Positions 21,340 to 32,521 of a DNA stretch of 41,172 nt are shown in pieces. How positions within the stretch are numbered: position 1 is the first letter of the stretch; every line of letters begins with the position of its first letter. The stretch is taken from positions 671,546 to 712,717 of the forward strand of contig BCKZ01000012.1 in the NCBI GenBank assembly GCA_001600815.1. Direction: 5' to 3'. A model generated the notes under the pieces. That model saw only the letters and a program-made list of their open reading frames with translations, did not search any database and had not been told where the DNA came from. Source of the stretch: Alloascoidea hylecoeti (taxonomy: Eukaryota). A program made the position numbers and the translations under genes.

Positions 21340-24300
21340 CTTGTCTTTCTTATTGAAGTTGAATAATGAATATAAACAAAGTAATGTTGAATTAGTGTGG
21401 AAGAAACCAAACCCTTTATATATTAATTCGTTGATCTCAAATATTGATATGCATAGATGCATAGTTCTCATTCAGGATCCTTATTGAAAAGAAATTTCTT
21501 TTGCATGATGCAATACGGATGTAATTTTAGTATGTATTTCCAGATTTCTAAATTTATTTTGCTGACAACAGGATGCAAATGTGTCTGAAAATTTGATCTA
21601 CATGTACATGCCATTCAAAAGAGAAAATTTGAAAGCTAGAACTAGCAAGTCTCCGTGGTAATATATAATTCAGACGAAGTCTATATATGTATCTATTTGT
21701 GAACATTTACAACTTTTTCCTCAAATCAAACAAATCTGATTATTTACATTACTTTTTTTTGAGCTTAATTAGAGTTTTTTTCTACATGCTATTTAACTAA
21801 TTCAGCGATATATATGTATGTAATTACAAGTAAAGTAGGTACAGTGTAAGAAAAAAAAAAAGAAGAAATAAGGTATAATATAAGGGAAAAAAAGTTTTCA
21901 ATCGCAAATTTAAGGGAGTCCCTATTTAATATCCTATTTGCAATATTTCCTTACTTATTTGATTAGTTTTTTAACCTCTTTTTATTTAATAGTATACGTA
22001 TATACTTGTACTGGTATAGCTTATACGATCTTGTACATAATTATAACACTATAAGGTAGGTGCTGTTTTGTTTATTCTACTAACTTAAAATTGTGATTGC
22101 CTAGTGCCTACCTCTTCTAATTCATCGGGTAAGGACTTTAAGGAGTGTATAAATTCTATTTAATTATCTCAGGTGTTCTTAAACGATTTTAAAATATCTC
22201 GGGTTTATAATTATATATTATTTCCCTTTGATACTATCTAGATCTAAGGGTGTTAACGTTGTAGAGAAAGACTCTAGTGATCATTGATTAAGCATCAAGC
22301 TCATACGTCAACAACCTCATAATTATAATCTGTATTTTGGGAGTTACAGTACGTAGTTTATAGATTATAAATTTTGAATGTGAAATAATTGTCATTAATT
22401 TTGTTCTCTTCATGTGACTGTAATTATAAATTATAAGCCTATAATTATAAGTTATAGCTAAGGACCTAATTAAGGTACGGGATAATTAATTAGGCAATAA
22501 TATTTTACCAATATTAATATATTTCTGCAAAGCTGAAGCTTCATATATATAGTATAAGGACTCACTGTATATGTATGTTTTATAATCAGGATAACTAGTT
22601 GTTGTTGTAATCTTAGACTTGTAATTAGGTGGTTCGGTTATATATATAGCTAGTATAAGGCCTTATAGCTATACTCAGGACTATAAAAGTAGATACAACG
22701 AAAATCTGATCATATTTACCAGATTGCATCCCTTTCAATCAATATTCTTGAAAATACAGTGCGTAGTTAATTATCATATTATTATAATTAAATATATATG
22801 TATTGAATATTAATATTCTTCATTCATTAGAATTAAACTAATATTATATTTATACTTAATTTCTTTCTTATGCAAATTGCAGTCAATTATATCAATGTTT
22901 ATATATAAAGAGATCAGAAAATATAGTCTGATCTTTTCTTGGTTATAAAATTTAAAAAGTAGCAGTCCCAGCGACTTCTAAGAGCGAGCAATAGCACTTT
23001 TAATACATACTGGTACATGTTTGAGAAGCATTTACATAATCTGAATGAAATTTTCATGCATTGATCAGGAATCTTCCTAATTCATACAGGTAATTATAAT
23101 AAGATAATAAGAATCCAAAATCAATGTTCTCTAATTATAGATTATCTGCCGTTTGTAATCGTAAATATTATATAACTAGTAGACTTAGCTTTCAAATTAA
23201 CAGATCGATGGTTCAATTACCTTATATATGTATATGTCATATGAAAATTTAAACACTGTGAGCTATAATAATGTCTACATCTAAATCTAGGGGATGCTTA
23301 TTTCTGAGAAGTTAGAACTATATAGCTATGCAGCAATATCTAAAGGAGTGGTGAACTCATCCAAATTTAAATTAAAGAAATATATTAATCTATTCTAATT
23401 AGCTAATAATAGAATTCTAAAAGTATGCATAGAATTTGACTCTGCAGCTGTATATTTGCAATTATATTATAATAGATTATAATATCGGTAATTAATATTA
23501 CAACTACACATTTGAATTTACTGCACAAAACCCCGGTTTATTATAAAATTATTTTTAAGCATATATTAAGCTTATTGGAATAATTATACTATATATGTAA
23601 TGGTCTCACTATTGCTATAATTATATACCGGTATATGATTATGATGAGGAGTAAGATCTAGATCTAGATATCTCATTAGCCAATAGCTTTATGCCATCAT
23701 AATAGGAGACGTTATAATTATAATTAATCATTCACCTTTCTTAATTCAACTCTTAGATCAGGATACAGTTGCCTTTCCGCTTAATTTCGGCTACCTTGAT
23801 AAATATTAATCAACCAACCTCCCATTCCTTTATTACGTTTGATATACGTACTGCTATACTACATATATACGGCTGAAGATTATAGTATAAAAATGTTTAA
23901 TAAATGAAAGCCGATAATTATTCAACGATGGCCGAAATTAAGTGTGATATGAATGAATCTAAATATGTATATGCATATGCATGGTTACATCTAATTTTCA
24001 TTTTTTCCCCCTTGAGCGCTTTTCTTGAGCGCGCGCTATGGTATACTCGTATAAGTTTATAGAAATAGAGACTGAAGAGAACTCATATAAAACTTTATAT
24101 AATTATTTATATTATCAATTGCAAGTTATGAAAACTTTGTTAGAGAGTGCAACTATCAACTATATAAATTCATCGAGCTATTTCCATTATTTATAATGTA
24201 CTACCATAGCACAAACTTTCAATGAAAATTAATATCGAATATATATGTCCTATATATACATGTATAATTAATTGTACATGCTTGAATTCATCTAAATATA

Positions 24301-25539
24301 TGGCGAATCATACCCCATTTTACCCAATGTCTTGAACTGCAATTCCCAGTCGCAACAATAAAAGCTTATGGAAGTACTGCATCTATTGTAAAAATAGTAG
24401 CAAATAAGGTAATTATAGTTAATATTAACATTATAATTAGTGTTGTAATCAACGTTATTAGTCTGGAATCTAGATACTATGGTTAGATACACATGTATGT
24501 CATGTTTGTAAAATGACATGACACATAATATTCATGTTCGAATTCGAATCCTATTATTATCAATCATCCATTATCATAATTTCCTTACAAATACATTCAT
24601 TTGTGATGTACTATTTAGGATTAAAGTTTGACAGAACTTTATATGTTGTGTTTGAGAATACCATAATAAAATTATATGGAGCACGTAGCTATACGTAGCG
24701 ATATATTAGTAAGCTTTTCTGACTATTTAATATAAACGTTAATTAATTAATATTATAAAGTTAACGTTAACTATAAGTTATATGATAACTGACATAAACT
24801 TTAAAGGTATAACTTATATGGAAAGCGCCAGTTACCCAGCTATATAATTCAATTATATTATACAATTTATACCTGTAGTCAGTCCCATACTTTTACATGT
24901 AGAAAGATGGTGGTTATTAGTACTAGCTAGTATATGTAAAATAAGTCAATCATTTAAAAAGTTGCTCTATTATATATAAGCTCCAGTTCCATAAAAGTAA
25001 AAGCTTATACCACAATTGCAAAGGTTCAGATTCTATTATATATATATATAATTTGGATATAATTTACAATAAAAAAGTAGCTTTGTACAAACAAACTATA
25101 GTATAATTATACCTAGAATCAGCTCATAAAAGGGGTTTATATAAGTTCTATAATCAATCTCAATCCAATCCACTCTGATTGAATGGTACGTACTATAGTT
25201 ACTATATATAAGTACTTACCCGTATAAACCTTATATATATAAATTCATCATCATCAAAAAAGAATAAATCAATTGAAATCAAAGTTATGCATAATCAATA
25301 TCTAATTTATGTATAAATTATACATTAAGTGCATAGTGCATATACATAATGAAGAGCATTTCAATTGCATTTAAATAAATTTTCGCTATAGACCTATAAC
25401 TTATATATAGTATGATTAGCTATAGTGGTACTATAGCGCTATAGCTAGTTATCATCATGTACTACCCAACCATTTGTATATTGCCACATAGTTGTGAGAG
25501 TATGAGCCGATTATAATGTCTTTGAATAAAACCAACATA

Positions 25540-26017
25540 TGGTGGGCGTCACACTACTTGTCGCACTATTTCTCTTTTGAAATATGGGCCCAATATGCAT
25601 GCGACTTCAGAAATTACGTTATCAAGTAGTATGTATGATATACAATGCATACATCCATTCATATACGGCAATTTGTAACATATTTTAGAACATTTAATTA
25701 GGCTCTCCATTTAATCCTGTGTTACCGTTAAAAAAGATGTTTTGTATTATTAAGCGAAGAATTACATGGTCACGTGAATATATACTGGGTTTTGAAATTT
25801 ATGATTCTACAAGGTTAAGAAAGTATATCACCATTCCTGTCAGAGTGGTCCAAAATCAATTTTAACAACTACAAATTTTTCTTGGATCATATATCTACAT
25901 TCTGTCATCATTAAAATAGAAATAAAGTGTATTTGGTGCGGTGGTGAGACTTTTTGAAAGGGTTTTGATAAAATTTTTGATTTTCCAAAAGTGCGACCAG
26001 TTGTGTGACGCCCACCA
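25540..26017. mobile_element. MITE / non-autonomous Tc1/mariner-type element (~480 bp)
   Basis: 28-bp TIRs: TGGTGGGCGTCACACTACTTGTCGCACT (25540-25567) and AGTGCGACCAGTTGTGTGACGCCCACCA (25990-26017), with 2 mismatches. TA flanks both sides; no convincing coding content. Confidence 0.85.
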
Positions 26018-28659
26018 TAGATTTGCAATTGCAATAATTATATACCGGTATAGCTTATATATTCTAATCCAACTTACATTGTATATAATATTATGTATAG
26101 TCTCACGTGCATGCATATATTTTTTTTTCGATTCCTATAATTAAACAAAAAAATAATATTATAAACTTTTCTTCTCTCTCATTTAAAAGTTAGAATTTAG
26201 AACATCATATTAATAGTAATTATATGTAATTCTCATTGTTCTGAAACCCAAAGACTAAAACCCACAAAGTAATCATCGGATCAAACCATCATCATAAATT
26301 GATTCATAATGTAGAATTATATGGCCAGCTCGAGCCTCATGGTAAAATATATTTAATATTCATAGATATATATTCGTTGATTCAATCCCCAATCTTTTCA
26401 ATATTTGATAGTTGTTTGTATGATTTACGCACAGAATCTCAATTTAATGCATGCCACTTTTCAAATAATTAAATCAAATGAGCGCATGATAATTTCATTC
26501 GGCTAGGAAATTTATATTTATATTAGCTAACGGTATAGAGCCAACTAATTAGTCAAGATAAAGATCTTATAAATATATTTATCGTCTCTCGACATAGTAA
26601 GTCTTTAAAATTGCATACCACAAATAATCAGAAAGTCAGTCATTGGGCACCATTTATTTTGTTCCTACATTTTAATATACTCATCATACGTATACATGTA
26701 ATTTCACCAACTGCAGTAGGTTCAAAATCCATAATTTCGTTCGATTTTCGACGATAAAACTCCAATTGTAAGTTTAAAGAAACCACTGCGGTTTTTGATA
26801 ATTATATTATATTTATTGCTAATTATAATGTGAAGTTATCATGATTATACATGTATGTATATGTTGGTTTCTGGGAAAACAAATCAGTGCGAACTAATTC
26901 ACCAAATATTAATGCATTAACCAAAGATCTAGATCTGTAATTTGTTGCAATACTAGTTGCAAAAGTCTTTTTTAAAACCATATAATATGTATTATATAGT
27001 TACACGAGCTGGCTGATTATTTGAGTTATAGTGAAATATTTTAGATAATTGTGCTACTTGACTTGTACAGAAATCTCTATTCTAGTGCTCGACTAGATGT
27101 ACCATATCACTATTAATTTATCTTCAAGAGCTAATCATAATTTTCGTATAGATCTAGTTTACTAAATCCAATGATTTTATCTGTTTGATAACAGATCGAT
27201 GTGAGATTTAATGGATATATATATATAGAAGTTTATCTAACCATATTTTTATCCAATGCGCTCTTCAAGCTTATATTTAACTGTGATTTGATATATGCAA
27301 GTAATTTGAACTTACTTCTTTAGATATCTAACTGAATCAAGGGTGCAACTACTACCAAAACCTTGCAACACTTCAGATCCAAACACATCCACATAATATA
27401 AACGTTATATGAATCTGTATTTAATATATCCCTGGATTCCGTTCTATAGCTAATTGCTACGTAATAAATATATAGTGCTATAATACCTAAGCAGCTAAGC
27501 TATGTATAGCTATAGTTACTTAGCGCGGTCATTGTAATTAGATGAAGTCAGTAGTGTTCGAACATATAAGTATTTCTTTTTTCACAAGCTAAACATCCTA
27601 GCTGGTTGAGTTTTGTAATGTGACTAAGGTCTCACATGCCGTATCTTTTTACGAAAATTCTTGCACCTGTATATTATATATATTATCCACGCTGATTCCA
27701 TACTGAATCCACAGTGCTGATCATATGATCACGAGCTTGTTTAAAGCGTATTGGCTAACTATATATATACCAGGTATATAGTTGGTACTTGGTATTAATT
27801 AGCTGATTTATACGTATAAAACTTATACAATGACTTATAAATATGGTGAGTTTGGTTTGTAATCGATTCCTATCAAAGCTTTCCATCTGAACCATCGAAC
27901 TTTCTGATCGGAAGGTATAACCTGTAATTGAGGCGACAGGGGAACTGGCCCCGGCGATTTATTTAATCCTTGAATTTTTGGTGTCTTCTGTATGTAGTTA
28001 TTTATTGTCGTACTCTTGATCAAGTAATTTTTAGCTATGAACCGATAGATAGTCAGTTTAATATACCGTATAACTGTATCTTGTAATTGATAATAATTAT
28101 AGGAAGGCGCATTTTTTTCAATTGGGTATATATGATATATCAGTATTGATAAATAATCTCTTGTTTACAATTGTTTCGAACCGAGGGAAATAAGAATATA
28201 CGATTTTTCAATTGAATACTGCAGCTATGACTTTTGTTTATTAATTAAAAATGATATGATGGAGTCAGATGGGCCATTCAAATCGGATAATTATAATTAT
28301 AAGCTACACATATATATGGGTATATAAGGGGTTCGTATATTTTAGAATTGTGCCTATTATTTTAACATTTACCTTATATATAATACAATATAATATAATA
28401 TAATATAATATGGGGGGGGCAGGGGATAATAATCCTAAAGATATGTATAGCAATATTAATAAATTTAAGAATGAAACATTTATAATCAATTATATACTGT
28501 GTCACAGTCAAATGGTAATTAGTAATAAAAGCTTATATTCTGTGACATACTGTATATGTAGGTACATATAATTATAATCTTATATACTTTCTACCATGCA
28601 TAGCTATACTATGTACTATGTACCATGTGTAGCTACATTTACAAATATACCAATGAACT

Positions 28660-29900
28660 ATTTTCTTTGGCTAGTTGTAGTTGACATAAGGTACCGGTTG
28701 TGACACGTTATTACGCAAAATACGTCTTTACTAAAATAGCCATCAACGTTAACATCACTGGAGAAAAAATATGAGTTCACTACTTGTAGAATGAATATAC
28801 TATTCGTATTCTGTATTCTCCTGACATATTTTAATCCGTTCTTTTTTTTTTTTTTTTTCAATTTAAAGCTTAGTTGGATAATTTCTTCTTCTTTTTTTAT
28901 CCTGTTTTTGATCGTGGGCAATTTATCTTGAGTACAATAGGTTTTCCGGATGTCACGAGTCACGACCAGCTGCTAGGTTTTCATTGAGAATCTTTGCCTT
29001 ATCTTTCCTACCTTTATTTAGTTGTTTTTCCGAGAGTTCTGGGTGTTAAAAGTAAGCTCTCGTTGTGAACTCTAAATCTAGAATAAGTTTCCGTATATTG
29101 TGATATTCTGAGTTTTCAGCTATTCCCATATCTATAATTAACATTCTATCGATTCATTCTAATTTGCATAATCTCTTTCGAATTCTTCATCGAGTTTAAG
29201 CAAATTGTAGCGTATACTAGTGGTGGTGTATCCATGTTATAGAAACAGGCTTCATCTCATTGCTCCAGTTTTCTTGACCTCCTAGTTGATATTAAAAGAT
29301 GCTAATTCTTCAGTTCTTGTGTAGATCATCGCCGGTATAAAGCTATTTTTTTTCAGGCCGGTGACTTTATTCTGGTGCATAAGTGATCTTTTTGTTGGAC
29401 CTGTGAAGCGCCATCTTCTACTGAATTTGGGACGAATAGGCTCCTCTGTAGGTAAAAAGAAATGTACAGGATATTTGCTCAGCCAACTGAAAGCCCGTTT
29501 CATCGAAATTGTAAATGAAATCCGGTTGGTAATGATTTTGGGCTATTAAGGCACACAATGCTTGTACAATCTCCTCTTATTTAGTGCCGAGTATCCGATC
29601 TCTATGTTATTTGATACTGAGCCATGAAAATAATAAACACTAGAGTTCTCCTTTGTCGGTCGTCAACTCCTTTTTTTGCATAACAAAATATCACCTTAGT
29701 TAGCCGATTCTCTTCGAAGTTTTTCAAAGTATGGTATACTTCTTTAGCTGCTGATAAGTATTTTCCACCATTTATTTGATCTGGGAGGGTTGAACAGCTC
29801 AACCCCGGATCGCTTGTTATCTAACCGATTGACATATTGGGCTCAGGACGGCTTCTTTCCATGACTTTTAGTATCTTCACTTCCTCATCTCTTGATGTAA
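28660..29900 (-). pseudogene. Highly decayed Tc1/mariner-like transposase remnant
   Basis: Fragments across frames: KKNSFIP...GQENWSN / DEACFY (~29235-29350), resembling the KKP.L...W..V.FSDE motif. No TIRs found; boundaries are approximate. Confidence 0.35.
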
Positions 29901-30311
29901 ACACTCTGAAGTATCTTTTTGTTGCAACTTGCTACCATTGCTGGCGGTTGTGGGGTAGTAAAAATGACTACGGTGGTAATACCGTATTATACTGCTCATT
30001 TTGTATGCAATAAAATAACATAGGCCTATGCACTGACTTACACTGTTATACACCATGCAGTCATTTCACTGAATTTCGGACATTTTGACTACTAATTATC
30101 CGAATGCTACCAATAATTGCAACAGGTATTGTGCAAAAATATTTTTCGTTAAGTAAATATTTGCGTAGAGTAAATGTCAGAACGCCTAGTGAATTATTTG
30201 ACCACCGAACCTCCATTCCAATTCTGACTTCAACAATCACTTCGGATTTCTAGGCTTTAACTCAGCACACCAAACAACTTCAAAGGCCTTCAGATCACTC
30301 TTATTGATATC

Positions 30312-31023
30312 ATGGCAGATTTAATTTTTAATAGCAATAGTAATAGTAGTAGTAATAATTTTGTTACTACTGCTTCTCAATCTCCTATCGCCCACAGCAA
30401 AGTAAACTATAAGGTTACAGCTTCCTGTTTTCTTTATGATGATACTAGACAACTTCAAGCCTTCCATTATTCTACTTGCAGGGACGGAGTGAACGAGTGG
30501 CGTCCCTGAGGTCCCTACGGGTGTAAGTCCCTTTCAACATCCGATTGAAGGGGCATCGTTGGAGCTTATCAAAGAGTGTGACAGACTTCTTGATAATGAG
30601 CTAACGATTCCAAATATTGATTCAAATGAAAATAAATACACTGAAAAATTTCAAGCTGATAATAATAATGGTAACAACATAAAAAGCAGATTATATTTAA
30701 AATTGTATGATTACATTACCAATCTATCATGGATTGGGTTTGTTGATAATATAAATGGCGTTAGACAACTTAAGATATTTATTACATGTGACATGATTGC
30801 ACAGAACAAGTTTTCTTTACGAAAAGGCCTTATTGCTTTATTGGATTTAGTTACCGATTCTAATCTTATCCTTGTTGATTCCGTTATGATTTTGCTTGAC
30901 AGGAATATTGAAAAGATGCTTTCTATTCGTTATATTAAAGACTTCCAGTGGATAGGATTCAGACCAAGCTTAATTGATAAGAAAATTAGTGAATCTTGGG
31001 TTGGGATGGCAATGGAGGTTTAA
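30312..31023 (+). CDS. OAZ1: Ornithine decarboxylase antizyme, decoded by a +1 programmed ribosomal frameshift (ORF1 30312-30506 joined to ORF2 30508-31023, 236 aa)
   Basis: ORF1 ends FHYSTCRDGVNEWRP at TGG CGT CCC TGA G. The +1 frame is open from 30508 and has no ATG for most of its first half. It encodes antizyme-like LRKGLIALLDL...MILLDRN...IKDFQWIGF...MAMEV*. Confidence 0.92.
30504..30510 (+). promoter_or_regulatory. +1 frameshift site CCC-UGA-G
   Basis: Last ORF1 codon plus UGA stop, at the position of the antizyme shift site. Confidence 0.88.
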
Positions 31024-31079
31024 TTTTTTTTTGATAGCTTTTTTTCATTGTTAATTTGTCCGGTATTTCTATGGTTTTA

Positions 31080-31081
<2 letters not shown>

Positions 31082-31112
<31 letters not shown>
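31082..31112. repeat. (AT)n dinucleotide microsatellite in the OAZ1 3' region
   Basis: About 15 perfect AT units. Confidence 0.95.
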
Positions 31113-31115
<3 letters not shown>

Positions 31116-31541
31116 TATTTTATTGTATTGATTTAGAAAATCAGATATATATTATGCTTTGCCTATAATACATCTACCCAGTATAATAGTTGTAATACCA
31201 TATAATATATTTGAACTATAGGGTCATAATACATGCTTACGTCAATGGTTACGGCATCATTGCTTGGCTTCGGGTTAAAAATTTGCGGGCTTACCATAAT
31301 AAATGGTCAATTTGAAACGAAACCATATAATGCGAGGCTACCCTAATATATCTGAAGACTTCCAGCACGGTTACTATAAATCCGCACTCTTAAAAATCAC
31401 AACTATATATACAAGCTTACTTTACTTAAATTTTGTTTATATATGCTTACATAATATAAGCTTATTGTTTTGTGTTCTTGTGTGTGTATGGGCTTAGATG
31501 AGCATAAACAAGTTTGAATAATCTCTTACTGCTCAGCAATA

Positions 31542-31857
31542 ATGATCCAAGAGGCTTATTCGGTGTATGTCAGTGAACCAGTTTTGTCTTGTTTTGTTTC
31601 TAATCGAGAGATCTAGAGTTTTTAATATTCCCTTCCAGACTGCATCCCAGGCAGGTATAGCGAAAAGGGTACTTGAAACCGACCCTATTTTGCGGCCATC
31701 TGAGCTTACAATTAATATGACGATTATCAAAAATACGAACGTCTCCTTGAGAATACAGCTAAATGCCATTACAGACCGGGTTTTGAGAGTGTCTACTAAT
31801 AGTTTATTGGATAATCTAAAACTAGCGATTGAATGTTTGGACGAGTTGGATATGTAA
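31542..31857 (+). CDS. PCC1: KEOPS/EKC subunit Pcc1; exons 31542-31564 and 31617-31857
   Basis: 52-nt intron GTATGT...CTAAT...TAG. Product MIQEAYSVVFNIPFQT...IAKRVLETDPILRP...DRVLRVSTNSLLDNLKLAIECLDEL. Directly upstream of an ESL gene, like S. cerevisiae PCC1-ESL2. Confidence 0.88.
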
Positions 31858-32521
31858 AGTCTTGAGACGAAAATTGATGTTGAGATATTCCAAACAGGAA
31901 TCAACCTGGATAAGGCTCCAGATCACAGTCTTTCCACTGAACGAAGTGAAACTTACTATAATCAGATAAAAGGCAATAAAAGGTAAAGAACCAAAGAATT
32001 GGATTTCGTTCTTCTTTTATATATTAGATCTTAGCTATGCAACTATGTAAATTATATGATCTCAATAATATTAATTAGTTGTGAATCATGATAATTATCA
32101 GACAATTATTTTAACAATTAAAGGTTATAAGTGCTAACGTTTATGTATTGACATTTATTTTTATATAAGTTATAATAGTATAATGTTTTGCGATTGTGAT
32201 GTAATCCACAATCTTATTTTATTGCCATTACTCGACCGGGTAATTAAGCTGTGTAGTTATACCGGTACTCACTTTTTTTATAAGCACCATATCATATTAT
32301 AAATTCGCTTTACGTTTTAAAATTCTTAATAGTATTCTTTACTTCATAGTAATACTATCTGAAATTTATAGGATCTTTTCTTCACAATTTTTCTTTTCTA
32401 CTACTACCTTCACAAGTTTTGTTTGTAAGTTAAAGCCAAAAACAAGAACTGACTTATAATCGAATAGCCTATTAATTAATCGAGAAATTTGGTGTAGGTG
32501 GAATATATAAGCTATGAAGTT

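Noticed and set aside
21340..21471. 43-aa N-terminal extension of the aquaporin ORF
   Set aside because: AT-rich, promoter-like sequence containing a TATA-like element; the ATG at 21339 has good context and gives a typical length.
24530..24555. GTTCGAATTCGAATCC B-box-like motif (tRNA?)
   Set aside because: No cloverleaf stems or A-box in the flanks; no tRNA could be supported anywhere in the window.
30523..30528. GTAAGT donor-like site just after the antizyme shift site
   Set aside because: It lies downstream of the ORF1 stop, so it cannot remove it. The +1 frame is open without splicing, and no well-spaced branch point/acceptor pair is evident.
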